Source: Paraphysomonas bandaiensis (taxonomy: Eukaryota > Protista > Chrysophyceae). Taken from it: a DNA stretch of 64,000 bases. The notes under the pieces are model-generated. The model saw only the letters and a program-made list of their open reading frames with translations. It was not told where the DNA came from and did not search any database. The stretch covers positions 186,001 through 250,000 of the forward strand of contig CBFFRP010000066.1 in assembly GCA_965644295.1 (NCBI GenBank). The letters run 5' to 3'. This document shows positions 9,753 to 22,235 of the stretch, piece by piece (positions within the stretch are counted from its first letter, which is position 1; each line of letters opens with the position of its first letter). The position numbers were made by a program, and so were the translations under genes.

Positions 9753-10465
9753 ATGCCTGGTAAAGGATGGAAAAAGAAAATGGCTGCAAGAGGCTACGAC
9801 ACTCATGTTCAACGAGTACGTTTACCATTATGAAGAGCCATTAATATCTTATATATATACTACAGATATCAGAAATAAAAAGTACAATTGATTCTAAACC
9901 GCCAAGAAGTAAGCCTCCTAGTACTAAAAAGGAGATCGAGAGGGTAAGACACTCATTTTGTTGACATGTTAAGTATAATATAACGTAGAGGAGACGGAAC
10001 AAGGCAATCGAGCAAGACAATCGGCTTTTACTTGAGCGGTTAGCAAAAATAATGCGAAAGAAAACTATTGATAACGAAAATAAAAACGTGAAATTTGTCA
10101 AGTCGTTGACTCAGACACACAGGAGGCTGGAACTACAACGCATTACACAGGAAAACCAACGACTCCTCAAAAGAATCCAGGAGACTGAACCAATTTACAA
10201 TACGCTTAACTGGGAGGTACTGTGTAATATTATATGGTAATAGTTTATGCTTGACGTATATTTGTAGGAGGATGAGAAGAAACGAAAGACTTACATTAAA
10301 AACATGTCAGACTTTCAGGAATACGTTCCACCAGCGAGGACGGTAATATCTCTTCTCCGAAATAGATCTGCATCTACAAGACGCATAGCACCCGAAGAAA
10401 CTCCAGTTAAAAGAAGACCAGCATCTGCACCTAAAAGGAGGAGCGGTAGTGATACTCCTGTTTAG
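9753..10465 (+). CDS. CFAP97/Hemingway (KIAA1430)-domain flagellar protein, 4 exons, 188 aa
   Basis: Exons 9753-9815, 9866-9943, 9989-10216, 10268-10465 join in frame across GT-AG introns of 50, 45 and 51 nt. Motifs IDSKPP, IEQDNRLLLERLAKI, RITQENQRLLKRIQETEPIY..LNWEED. Confidence 0.85.
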
Positions 10466-11286
10466 TCATTGTGGTAATTGCATTCCACGTGGGTGCCATA
10501 AAAATACAGTGTATGTTTTAGAAGTAGTCTAGTGGCGTGGCATTTAATTATTCGTATATCCATGATTCTAGTATATGTGACTAATTCTTAACATTACAAA
10601 TCCTGTACGGAATCATCATATTGACTAATAATGAACGTTTGAGATGACATTTATATATCAACTGGAATTATTGTAACTTGTATTCCATTCCTACTTGAGA
10701 ATTACAGAATGTGTATATCGAATAAAAACCAATATGCTGCATATAAAGTTTGAAAAAAATGTAATCTTCATGAGAAGGGATAAAAGAGTATTCCGAGATA
10801 ATTTCTTTTTTACAACTGAACGCTTTCGTTGTTATAGTGTTTTTCGATATCAACGGTGGAAAAAACGAAAAAACAATATATACTGTATCATCGTTTTAGA
10901 AATCTAAGTGTAATAAATGGCGTCAGTGATGACTACTGAGTAAAATAAATAAACTATGAGGAGCAGAAGCATACATAGCTCTCTACTGCTGATTGCCGAT
11001 ATCAATTTATCTACTGATGAAAAGTGCACTTCAGTGCACATGAATGGGGCATATATCTGAGGCAGAGTCTCTTCGCCAATTTTTAGAAATCTAAACTTTT
11101 GACAGAAAACAAAGCGGTTCGTTAGAAGTGATAAGAGAGATCGTGACTAATATTTTTTCATAGAAAAGTATAATAGCTTAAGTCGTGTTAATATTCTGCC
11201 ATCAACAGTTTCAGATATATAAACGGCACCAGCTACGAAACATAGATTAGGTTCACAATACACAATTGATACTAGCATCTTGACAT

Positions 11287-13029
11287 CTACAGCTTGCAGT
11301 TAGTGTCGTTCTCATCTTGGGTAGCATCACCTTTGTCAGATTTAAAAAATAAAGTCTTCCACAATACATGAAGCACATAAAACCGAGACTGCACGAGACT
11401 ATACAAGCACCCAAGTGTAGAGAACCCGACTATATTTACTACGATTTGATACTTGCCCAACAAAGGAAAGAGTAAGCGTGCAATCAACGACCCAAATATA
11501 AATGATAGTAGTGATGGCAAGAGAAGACGAACGGTCCTGAGACCTACGGCGGGGCCTCCTTTGAGTCTTCTACCCAGTGCAGCACCAATATCCGTTGCAC
11601 AACCAGACATATAAGTTGTACGAACGACAGAGCCTTTTATTTTGCATCCTAGCGCACTCTGCATCCCACAAAATCCCGCTAAGATGTAGTAGAAGTAGTA
11701 TGATTCTGGGAACTCAATGTGAATTAGCTGGGCAAGGATTAACATCATCGTTCCAATGATAAAGACTCTACCGTACGGTGCTTTCAACGAGTAGAAGTCA
11801 GATGGTACCATGGTTCCACAAATTGCCGCCCCTACGACGTATGCAATTACGAGACCTACGTACGCGGAAGCCCTTCCAAACTCTCTGTCAGCAAGGGCAA
11901 TAGCCATTGCTGTGGTGGTGCCAGTGATATGTGACGTATAGAAACCTCGCGATGAAAGTGACGATGTTGCGTTAATGAATCCAGCATTTATGCATAGAAA
12001 ACATATACCCGCGAGCATTACTCGGTGGGTCCAAATATTTTCCTCTACTTCAACCCGGGAAGCCGTGACGGGATACGAAGTGGCAGAAGAGTTACCCGAG
12101 GACGGCACAGAGAGATCCGCAGTCAATTCAACGGGTTGGGAAATTGGATCATAAGCTACTACCTCCCGAATGGCATTAGCACCAGTATCTGATACCGGGG
12201 GAACATCTTGAAGCCCTGCCTCATCAGAAGGGGGCTCCTCACAGGGGGGTTCTTCTTCTTTCGAAGTAGCAAGTGATGGAAGACAGCCAAAAAAGCGTAG
12301 CACAGGACGGTATTCGACCTCTTGCTTCACGAACAACGTGTATAACACACCAACAAGAAAAAAAACACCCACATTAACAAATAGTTGACTGCGCCCCAAA
12401 TCTTTTACAGTGAACCCTGCAACTACGGCGCCTAAAAAGAAACTTGCCACTAGACACAGGTTGACATACATCTTCCAGAGGTTCTGTTTCTGCCCATGGG
12501 CAGTGCGGCCGGCAATAAGACCAATATCAGTGACACTTCCAGATATGTGTGTAGTACGTAGAATGTTTCCGCTGTATCTGGAGGTGATTGCGTTTTGAAT
12601 TCCAGTCATGAATGCGACAAGAAAATAATATGCCAGTGACTCCGGCGCTAATTGGTCCGTAATGGCTGCGACAGCTAATACCACAGATCCAGCCTTGAAT
12701 ATCCTTCCATACGGAGAGCCCAAGTAGAAAGTTCTATTCGGCACAATGTATCCAGATACAGCCGCCCCGAGTATATGACAGAGTATGAGGCCTATATTGA
12801 TTCCAAAATCAGTTAAATTACCAGCACCAAGACCGATTCCGGCACTAGTTGATGCACCCGTCATAGGCGCTGTCGATAAGCTCCTTGCACCAGACACTGT
12901 AGTGCTGTTTAACATTCCTCCGTTGAATGCTAGAAGCATCCCACCACACGTAATGGCAGTTATCTCTTTCAGGGGCCTCTCCTGTAACGGTATTTTTTTT
13001 GTACCCTCTGAAGCTTTAATCGCTGTCAT
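11287..13029 (-). CDS. Membrane protein with two tandem DUF1275 (YoaK-like) domains
   Basis: Two similar hydrophobic halves: LAFNGGMLN..TAPMTG..GIQNA..ILRTTHISGSVTDIG and LCINAGFIN..TSHITG..GMQSA..VVRTTYMSGCATDIG. Start placed at ATG 13029 (MTAIKASEG); the in-frame extension to 13260 looks like low-complexity upstream sequence. Confidence 0.8.
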   Translation of the reverse strand: MTAIKASEGTKKIPLQERPLKEITAITCGGMLLAFNGGMLNSTTVSGARSLSTAPMTGASTSAGIGLGAGNLTDFGINIGLILCHILGAAVSGYIVPNRTFYLGSPYGRIFKAGSVVLAVAAITDQLAPESLAYYFLVAFMTGIQNAITSRYSGNILRTTHISGSVTDIGLIAGRTAHGQKQNLWKMYVNLCLVASFFLGAVVAGFTVKDLGRSQLFVNVGVFFLVGVLYTLFVKQEVEYRPVLRFFGCLPSLATSKEEEPPCEEPPSDEAGLQDVPPVSDTGANAIREVVAYDPISQPVELTADLSVPSSGNSSATSYPVTASRVEVEENIWTHRVMLAGICFLCINAGFINATSSLSSRGFYTSHITGTTTAMAIALADREFGRASAYVGLVIAYVVGAAICGTMVPSDFYSLKAPYGRVFIIGTMMLILAQLIHIEFPESYYFYYILAGFCGMQSALGCKIKGSVVRTTYMSGCATDIGAALGRRLKGGPAVGLRTVRLLLPSLLSFIFGSLIARLLFPLLGKYQIVVNIVGFSTLGCLYSLVQSRFYVLHVLWKTLFFKSDKGDATQDENDTNCKL

Positions 13030-13775
13030 TACGTCACTGTGTGGGATAGGTACAACCAAACAGATGCAGTGGGACCTATTTCTACGGAGAGGGTGCAATG
13101 GATCGTCTCTGGAGGTGCAATGGGTGCAATTGGCTGTGTATCTGTGTATGTCATTCATGCGGTTGCATTCACTCTGCTGTCCATATAATAAAATACAACT
13201 GTATGAATCGGTATACGTGTGGATACAGGAGTTTATGCATAGTGGACTGAGTGTACTCATACACTATGTACTTATATACTATATACTGCTGTAGATAGGT
13301 ACTTCGTACTGTGTGTACCTAGATATAGAGCAGTACATATCACACCATACATCCATACATATTTATTATATGATGACTAGATGTACCTCCACTATACGTA
13401 CACATCCATATTTTATTGGTGATAGCAAGCTACACTATAGCAGTACATACAGCAGTATGTACAGCTGTATCTCTAACAGTCTAACAGTACATCATACAGC
13501 TACACTGTATCTAACAGTACATATCTAACAGTATCTCATCCATTTCTCTTAACATAACACAAACATTTTCATATATCTTACACCACATCTAACATCCAAT
13601 CCCATACTCTTGCATGATGCAATACCATTTATATCCCTTTCCTCATCTTAATTATCATTGCATAAAAGTGTTGTTATGAGTAGTTAATAACACTCCTAAC
13701 AACACTTTTGTGTCACTTGAATTCATTGCATAAAATATAACTATCTGCATATAATGTGACATAACAATACTTTCA

Positions 13776-14941
13776 ATGGATAAAACAAGTACATCAAACA
13801 CTGTGGTGGAGTCAGTTGATCCTCATTTATGTGTATCAGAGGAAAAATTTCAGAAAATATTTGATGGAAGAAAAATTTTTTGGGGTAACGACACTGGAGT
13901 CGATATCTGCATATTTTATCATACTCAACACAAAATATTTGAAATTGTACCATTTTACACTGATCGGGAGATTCAGAGACACTATATATCTGGAAAGTTT
14001 GTAATGAAACTTACTCGAGTCTATCTGGAGACTGAACACAATATTGATGCTGTATCTGATGCTAATATTCTTCCGTATACAGTAGACTGTATCTTGGAGC
14101 GCATTAATTACATAAATGAAAGTGTCATATTTAAGCCTCTTCCTGGTATACTAATGAGTTAGAGTGAAATATATCGGAGTGACATTGTATGCAGGCGACA
14201 TGAGGGTTCAGTTAGGACGTGTTGCACTAGCCAGACCGATTGACCTAGTACCGGTCACAGTGCAATGGGAGAACCCTCTTATGTAAGATACTTAATGTTT
14301 GCTATACATTGTGGCATATATTAATTGGTCGCCTAGAGAGGATAAGAATTCCACGCACTGCTACGAACTAGTCAGCGCTGTACACAGATTTCAAAAGACC
14401 TCACGTCACCCACGCTTATTCGTAGCCTTGGACTCCAAGGTGACATCTCCTACTTTATTGCCTGACACTAAAAGAAAGAGCAAAGTTCATTCAAAATATT
14501 TGACAAAGGAGATACCGCCTTTCTTTCTCAGGTGTGTTTGCACACCTACTATCGAAGAAGTGGGCAGTGCTTTCATCATTGTACTTGAGAAAATCTCATG
14601 ATTTTATGCGCAGCAAAAGATTAAACAGCGATGTTGATCTGTGCACTCAGGTCGCTTTACCAACATTGAGAAAGTCTTTTGCTAAAGAGCGTTTGTCTTC
14701 AAGAGAATTCCCAGTAGTTAGACTTTCCACCGGTCGCCTTAATTGTCAGAGGAAGAGGGTTTCTGTGCCACACCGAAACAGACATCAACCTCGCCAGCAA
14801 GGAGAAGTAGCTAAAGACAGACTTCCTTCTGCACCATCAAGTCAAGTCCCGACAACAAAAAAGTACAAGCAGCAAACAAACAGATATATGTGTCCCACTA
14901 TGCAGTCAGTCTCAAGAAATAATGCGAACAAATTTATCTAG
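13776..14941 (+). CDS. Hypothetical spliced protein; 3' structure uncertain
   Basis: Exons 13776-14145, 14195-14282 and 14337-onward join in frame (..KPLPG/DMRVQLG..NPLI/EDKNS..) across 49- and 54-nt GT-AG introns. I could not find a phase-compatible intron linking to the 14534-14941 frame. Confidence 0.5.
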
Positions 14942-16467
14942 AGCCTTCTTGGTGTCATTGCACCTCATGGAGGATGGCATAATGAATGTATAAAGTACGA
15001 TACCAAATGCTCTCAACCCAGATTAAATATTCGTGTTTTTATATCTTTAGTGTACTGGGAGGTGCGTTTGATAATAATGTTAGGATAAAATACCCATATT
15101 GTACGCCAGTGACGATCCATGATGATATTAACAATAAGCTAGGAGCATCGAAGATGATGTGTAATTTGCATGTTGACTACTTCTATATGATTGATAGTGT
15201 GCAATTGAAGAAAGGTAGTGTGAACTCATAGTAAGAGAGGGCAATATAGCTACAATGAGAAAATTTTAAGCTGCTGACGTAGAACTATATAGAAAAATAT
15301 AAGACTAGTGAATATAAGATTGACAGATGATGTGAAGGAGAATAAATATTACAGTATTTGAGTCTGGCCTTGAGACTTTTGATATTGTGTTATATCATGT
15401 AGAGGCACCAATCAAGTTACCACCTATTATAGGTACCCCATATTGTAGGCACTGCAAAGAAGCATCTCAATATCCAGTCGGAGTGTGAATCTGGATAACA
15501 TTAGTACTTCTGTGACTTCTGATAGTACCGATCATTGTAAGAGAGGCAATATGTAACAGTTTCATGTAAAATGTCGTGTAACTCTATATACCACAACGCT
15601 AACCTATATATGATTTCAAATGCTCATTGTGTCTTTATGAAGTTCTCATTGGAAACATAGCTCAATGTGATGAACGTCTTATAGCTGCAAGCGGACATAC
15701 AAGCGGCGGTTGAATCAGTTGTGTTCATATTTATCTTAACGGCTGCATAATGCGCAGGGCCTAGTAACCGTTAATGGTAATGTCATTAAATTTGCCGAGA
15801 ATTGCACACTACCATTAATGGACCATCAATGTCATCTCATTATTAGAATGTGCTGGTACTTGGTACTTGATATATATAGAACTGACTGTTTTTAATATAA
15901 TAGTATCTCCTCTATACTCCGAAGAAAATCTAAATACTATTAGACAACAATGTTCGTGCAACTCTACAGGTACTTTGTGGCAACTTTGTTCATTATCTTC
16001 TCAATGCTCTATAGAGTCAGAAAATAGTTACCTGAGCAGTATGTATTACAATGTACTCATAAACCCAAAAGTTCTAAAAAAGGTCTTTAGTTGCCAGTTA
16101 CCCGATTAGACTTAAGTTACAATCTATGTGGTACAGAACCTATAACCTATAGCATCTCTTTCCGCAGTTCATATACTTAGTTTTCTGCCTTTTGGTAAGT
16201 GTTATTTGCTGTTTACTATGTTTCAATGGTAAAATAAATTTCGGTAGTTTTGCTGATCGTAAGCAAAAGTTACTTTTTCTGGTATTGCAAAACACGATTA
16301 ATTACAGATAATTCGTACGCGTGTAGAGAACATTCATGCTATTCCTCACCCTACTTTGCTTGAGAGATGGGCGAAGAAGTTAACACTATCAGTATGGATC
16401 ATGGTGATGCTCAGGCACCCCCGTCTGCATCATAACAATATAAAACGCACACCACTAAAACCTAACA

Positions 16468-18846
16468 CTAGTTTCTACCCCAAAACGACGACCAAATTGA
16501 CTTTGTTGTATCTCTTTCTTTAACTCCACTTCCAGTCCGTAAACTCTTATTCTCGTGAAGTTTCAAGTCAACAACTTTAATGGCATGATCAGACAAAACC
16601 TCTCCCTTGTAACATGCCAGCAATGTGACTTCATTTCTATGTACTTCCATATCACTGCAAATTATATCGCCCCTTACCCGTCCGGCAGTCTCACAATTAG
16701 CAGGCCATGTATAATGATGCGGGTTGTCAACTGCAGATAGCTTCACGCTTGGGCAAAATGAACCAGTCTGATCACCGGCAATTACTATTCCACTGTACGA
16801 AGATGTAATATTCTTGACGGCACCATACATTGTTTCATTGAGTTTATGGATCGATCCTAGCAACATCGTAGAACTGTCGTGCAGAACAACCTCGGCATAT
16901 AAAATCATACGGCTGCCTAGACGCCTCTCATAGCCATTGGCATTAATTCCCATGCTAGCAAATGCATAGTAATCTTTAAATAGTGGGCCCCTCTGAAGGA
17001 ACCCCTTTCTAATCGGACATTTACTAAGGATAGCATTTCCGTGAAGGCCCAATACATTATACGACCACATCGTTCGTCGTTGCTCATTCCGATCCCCATT
17101 GGTAAGCTCCATGTATTCAATCCCCCAGGCAAAGCTCATACGCATTCTTTCTGCTAGCATGCTCGTAGTATGAATGTTGCCACTGCGGGCCATCCCAATA
17201 TCCATCTCATTCAGCAGAATGACATCTGGGTCTCTTAGCGCTGCTTCTTCAGTTACCATTTGTGCAAACTTCTCCCAGTCCTTCCCCCGCTCCGCATTGT
17301 ATTCAATTACGCGCAACACTCCACTTTCCCCACATCTATTATTTTTAGTATGATGCATTGGGTTAAATGAATTGTCTACTTGAACAGTATCGAGGTTCGG
17401 AATCAGGGAAGTGAATTCAGCCATTTTTTCTTCTCCCTCAAATGTTGCCCACTCATGCCTGGTCTCATAAGGAATATGCCAGTGTTGAGTTGGAAAATAC
17501 ATTGGGTCATCCTTCTTGTAACTTGGTGCGGGAATTTTCTGCAGCATGTAGTGAAAACATCGAGCATGAAAGGTTGGAGGCGGAACGCTACTCAAAGGTT
17601 TCGAATCCGGCTCGATATGTTTGATGGTGTTGTTTACAGCAACCACACTATATTCGTTACCACTATTCGTTCGAATCTTATGAACTGTCGGAAAGACTTT
17701 CGCTAGGGCACAGCAATCAAGAAACTTCGTATGCGTGTTACTACAGTGCACCTTTGGCACTACGCCGTCCAACATATTAATATCAATATCTCCCGCACAA
17801 AAATCCTGGTACTGCTCATTGCGGTGGTTATAACTGCCCATTACACATGCATTAAGGTCATATCGATGTTTGGCTAAGGCTGGATTTGGGCCAGGCACAT
17901 GAATTCCTCCAAAAAAATACTCTTGTAGAGGAAACACTAGAGATAAGGGCCACTCCTTGCCGCATGCATTACGTCCCCGATATTCTTTTATTACACCTTC
18001 ATCTCTGTAGGTGGCATAAAAAAAGACATCTGCAAATGGCCAGCCCCAACCGAATCGAGTCAATGGCTGAGAAGGATCGTCTATAAACAATTTTTGGCCA
18101 CCTGCTGTTATTTGTGCATGGACACGTGTACCATCAGAAAATCTGTATTCCTTCGCCGCTGCGAAAAATTCATCGTAGTAGCGAGCATCTATGGCAACGT
18201 CTAAATCATCGTCCCATGGAATTGGACCACCATGAAGAAGAGCGCCTGCATGAGAACCAGCAAATATCATCCACTGAGCTCCAATACTCTCAGCTATCTC
18301 TTTCACTGCATGTAGTAATACAACACTTCTCTCAGCCCCTTCTGTAGTGAGGATTATTGAACCCTTATGACCTCCACTATTTCGATATGTATAATATGGT
18401 GTAGATGCAAAATATTCCATAATTTCAGGTGCAACATTCCATATCCATGTATTATTAATTGTCTCATATTCTCTAAATTTCTTTATATGATGATCTGCAT
18501 GTGCTGCATGATGATCTGTGTGTGTTATATGATGAGATGTGATGGTATCCTCTAAAAAGGACATAGTCCTTGATGTCCTCCATTTTGCATATGTATCAAC
18601 AGAATTTCCTAAACATTTATATTGATGTAAATAAGATGTTATATCAGTAATATCTTCATTGGATATGTTATATAATAAGCCTCTGTGTTGTTTGTTATAT
18701 ATATGGGGGTCTGTAGATGTATATCCCTGTATAGATGTATATAGAGAGATATGAAATATATAGAGAAGAAGATTATAAGTAGATATTATTGTCATGAGAG
18801 GATGGTAATGATGGTGATGGTGTTTAATGTGATGAGATCGAATCAA
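16468..18846 (-). CDS. LicD/fukutin-family phosphotransferase fused to an EEP (endonuclease/exonuclease/phosphatase) domain; N-terminal membrane anchor
   Basis: LicD motif WMIFAGSHAGALLHGGPIPWDDDLDVAID. EEP motifs VIEYNAERG, DVILLNEMDIGMARSGN, GNAILSK, IVIAGD, LSDH. Hydrophobic segment near the N-terminus. Confidence 0.85.
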   Translation of the reverse strand: MIRSHHIKHHHHHYHPLMTIISTYNLLLYIFHISLYTSIQGYTSTDPHIYNKQHRGLLYNISNEDITDITSYLHQYKCLGNSVDTYAKWRTSRTMSFLEDTITSHHITHTDHHAAHADHHIKKFREYETINNTWIWNVAPEIMEYFASTPYYTYRNSGGHKGSIILTTEGAERSVVLLHAVKEIAESIGAQWMIFAGSHAGALLHGGPIPWDDDLDVAIDARYYDEFFAAAKEYRFSDGTRVHAQITAGGQKLFIDDPSQPLTRFGWGWPFADVFFYATYRDEGVIKEYRGRNACGKEWPLSLVFPLQEYFFGGIHVPGPNPALAKHRYDLNACVMGSYNHRNEQYQDFCAGDIDINMLDGVVPKVHCSNTHTKFLDCCALAKVFPTVHKIRTNSGNEYSVVAVNNTIKHIEPDSKPLSSVPPPTFHARCFHYMLQKIPAPSYKKDDPMYFPTQHWHIPYETRHEWATFEGEEKMAEFTSLIPNLDTVQVDNSFNPMHHTKNNRCGESGVLRVIEYNAERGKDWEKFAQMVTEEAALRDPDVILLNEMDIGMARSGNIHTTSMLAERMRMSFAWGIEYMELTNGDRNEQRRTMWSYNVLGLHGNAILSKCPIRKGFLQRGPLFKDYYAFASMGINANGYERRLGSRMILYAEVVLHDSSTMLLGSIHKLNETMYGAVKNITSSYSGIVIAGDQTGSFCPSVKLSAVDNPHHYTWPANCETAGRVRGDIICSDMEVHRNEVTLLACYKGEVLSDHAIKVVDLKLHENKSLRTGSGVKERDTTKSIWSSFWGRN

Positions 18847-18971
18847 TCAGACATGAGACACTCCATTCGTATACCACCTACTGTATGTATGTATATGTAT
18901 GTATGTATGGATACATACCCCACACACACAGTACATGGCGCGTTCGTGGTTTGTAAAAAAACTTGTGGCTG

Positions 18972-19099
18972 TGTATGTATGTATGTATGTATGTATGTAT
19001 GTATGTATGTATGTATGTATGTATGTATGTATGTATGTATGTATGTATGTATGTATGTATGTATGTATGTATGTATGTATGTATGTATGCATGTATGTA
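18972..19099. repeat. (TATG)n microsatellite
   Basis: About 30 tandem units read directly. Confidence 0.98.
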
Positions 19100-20529
19100 C
19101 AGCAGTTGGATAGTACAATACCTACATACAGCAGTACCTACGTACCTACACAGCAGTACATACCTATTCCTGCAATGAGGAAAAGATGAGACCTGATCGT
19201 CTTATTGCCAACACGACTTTAATCACTGCATACACCTCAACATCTCTTAACTATAACTATCCACTGTAATCATAGTGACAGTAAGTGTATCGTATATAAT
19301 GAAAGAACCTGCTATCAATAGATTACAGGCTGTGAAACACAACCTCTTCATATCATATAAGCCAAGTAGCTATACACTCTGTATACTAGAATCTCTTGCT
19401 AGTATTATCATATAGAACATGGATTAGTAAACTATCTCACTGAAGATTCAGCAGAACTTTCCCTCCTAAATCTTGGCGTGATATCTAAATCAAGTTAGCG
19501 TATGTATGTGTGATAACAGACTTTGAATAGTTAATCTCCTCATGAAAGATGGCTGTTCAAGATTTAATAGATAGATTACTTGAATTTTACTAATACTACT
19601 TTTAGTGATAACTTGTTGATGTTATCTTTCCAAGTTTTGAGAAGGCGTCAAGGAGAAAACACTCCCTCCATATGTCTCTGTCAGGTGGCCATTTCCTGCT
19701 GCTGCTCTTACCAAACAAAGTTCGTCATGAGTATCAAAATATTAAGTCTTTTATCCGAAAAATTGTCACAGTGTCACAATAGCTATTAGCATTGGTATTA
19801 TCCCGCAAGAGGCTTTACATGGGTCGCTATCACTATTGTCGTAGTTGATAATGTTATATTAATGGTTGAAATAGTTTTATATATGGTCGGAATGAAAATC
19901 GGTAGGTCGAACTGGGAGGTAAAATTGGTAGTTTTTCATAGCTGTTAGCAAGGCATACCCTGCCTCTTATGGTAGCTACTTGCTTCTTCATAATCATATT
20001 CTGTGTCATGTATCATGTATGTATAGTGTAAATCTAGTTAGCTCGTTAGAGCTTAATTGGCATAACACACAAAGAATATCTAGTGCTTAGAAATAAATTA
20101 ATATATGCTAAGAACATTTTTTACGTGAAATTAGCAAACTGTAGGATCAGAGGGATATAGAATCGTTGTACATTTTTTGGCAGAAGCCGGAATAAAGTAC
20201 ATACATGCTATATGTATCGACGTAAAAGTGATAGCACGTGACCATTGAAATGGAGGTCACTCACAATTAACTGTTTGTAGTATTGCCTTTAGCTTTACAC
20301 TTACATTCTATTCTACTTATAAACTATGCGTACTAAACCGAGACTTTTAACCGAATAATAAATGAGCCAACGGCATACAATTATTACCATAAATGACAGG
20401 CTACTGAATGTATGTACCAATACGTGACACACATTGAGTTAGTATGTCATCTAAGAACTCATTTACACGTACCGTTTGCAAGCTAAATATGGCTATAAAA
20501 GGACTGTATCATATGAAATTTTCAATTTT

Positions 20530-21906
20530 CTACCGTAACTTCCGCTTCTTGGGGGGCTGACTCGTCTTACTGCTAGCGCTTTTCTTATTGTCCATGCTCC
20601 TCGCTGGGGTCACCTCCGGGGCGGAATCAGAGTCACCCTCAGAGTCATCGTCGTCCCCCTCCTCGTCTTCCCCCTCGTCGTCTTCCTCCTCGCTACTATC
20701 TTCACTATCGTCACCAGCACTATCTTCGTCCTGTTCACCTTCATAATCTTCAGGAGAACTGTCAATCTCCTCCAGTTCGACTTCCTCGCTTTCTGAGCAC
20801 TCATTATCATCATCACTCCCATCCTCTGAACTTCCCGCTTCATCATCAGAGTCCATATATGTCTCTAGTCTGTCATCTGACTCTTCTGTCCCCTCGTATA
20901 TGTCTTCTTTGCGATTATTTTCTCCATCCTCTATAATTAAGCACGCATTCAGACGGTTCTTGAGGTAGGCCTCATGCAGGAGCTTCTTCTTGCCGGGCTG
21001 ATATACTCGCAGGTATCGGTCCAAGGACACCGTGGCCAACCTGTCACCCGCCGGATTGCACGCCATATCACGTATTGACCCAGCGGAACCGGCATAAAGA
21101 GTGAGCGTCTTACCAGTGCGTAGGTCACGACTCTGTAGGCCTCCAGATGCATCAGCTATATGAACCGCTGCAGAGCCCGACCCTGAGCACGCAGTTGCAT
21201 CCCAGACTGAGGTAGGAAGAATACGGGTCACTCTGAAATCCCCTATCTCATAGGATGCCACGGGCTGCCGGCGAGTACGAATGTCGTAAAGGCGCATGTG
21301 CTTGTATGCTGTCCCTGTAGCGATCAGATTTCCGTCAGATAAACTATCCGGGCCACAAACATCCCCTGCGGTAGGCAGGAACGCGATGGACGACACCCAC
21401 ACTGGTACAGCAAGACGAACACTATCATGTGGAACATTCTTAGCAGCCCATACCTTTGCACCTGTAGTTGCATCTAACACTTTCAAGTCATTATCATTCC
21501 CTCCACATGCTATAGTTTTCTGAATACTGTTATAAGTCACACAATCAATCGGTCCTTTCACTGTTAATTCATTCCATTCCTTTGAATCACTAGAAGACAA
21601 ATCAACTGTTAATACTGCACCAGTAGATGAGTAACATATAACTGTATGTTCATTCATCGCAATAATTCCCATCCCATTAATTATATCTGTCTGTATCTTA
21701 CGGGTACATAGCAGTCCCTTTGATCTCACTTTCCATTCCTCAACACATCCATTTGATCTTAAAATAGCAAATGAATGATTGATACGTAACCAGCATGTAT
21801 TAATTACTGATAAAGAACGACTTTGTGTTCCATGAGATGTATAGTTATTCTTAGTAACATCCACTAGTTTTAGAAGGCCTGTTTCATCAGCTGTGATGAC
21901 TTTCAT
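20530..21906 (-). CDS. WDR74: WD-repeat ribosome biogenesis protein WDR74/Nsa1
   Basis: Motifs DETGLLK, GGNDNDLKV, WAAKNVPHD..LAVPVW, RLYDIRTRRQPV, GSIR, SLDRYLRVY, YLKNRLN; acidic tail ending in NLS-like PPKKRKLR. Confidence 0.92.
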   Translation of the reverse strand: MKVITADETGLLKLVDVTKNNYTSHGTQSRSLSVINTCWLRINHSFAILRSNGCVEEWKVRSKGLLCTRKIQTDIINGMGIIAMNEHTVICYSSTGAVLTVDLSSSDSKEWNELTVKGPIDCVTYNSIQKTIACGGNDNDLKVLDATTGAKVWAAKNVPHDSVRLAVPVWVSSIAFLPTAGDVCGPDSLSDGNLIATGTAYKHMRLYDIRTRRQPVASYEIGDFRVTRILPTSVWDATACSGSGSAAVHIADASGGLQSRDLRTGKTLTLYAGSAGSIRDMACNPAGDRLATVSLDRYLRVYQPGKKKLLHEAYLKNRLNACLIIEDGENNRKEDIYEGTEESDDRLETYMDSDDEAGSSEDGSDDDNECSESEEVELEEIDSSPEDYEGEQDEDSAGDDSEDSSEEEDDEGEDEEGDDDDSEGDSDSAPEVTPARSMDNKKSASSKTSQPPKKRKLR

Positions 21907-22235
21907 AAGGGAAGATTAAGGGGAGTAAGAGAGGGTTATGTCGACTAAATGTTAGTTTGATAAGAGGAGGTAGTATGGAGGAATGTATGTGTGGTTATGT
22001 GGTATAGTGAGATAGAAATATGAGAGAAATAGAATGACCTCAACACCATATAATACACTACACAGATATACATATATATACAAGTATACTGCATAGAACT
22101 ACATCCCCAATCCACACAACAAATACATGGCTACCAAATACAGTACCACATGTACTGCAGGTAGGTAGGTAGGTATGTACAGCAGTTGGATAGTGCGATA
22201 CCTACATAAAGTACCTACGTACCTACATAGTACCT

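Noticed and set aside
15768-15831. Small imperfect hairpin (another at ~3253-3313)
   Set aside because: Short, single-copy and AT-rich; no family features.
19670-19730. Ankyrin-like fragment (RAAAGNGHL) on the minus strand
   Set aside because: Single short motif in a stop-rich region; could be chance or an unrecognisable relic.
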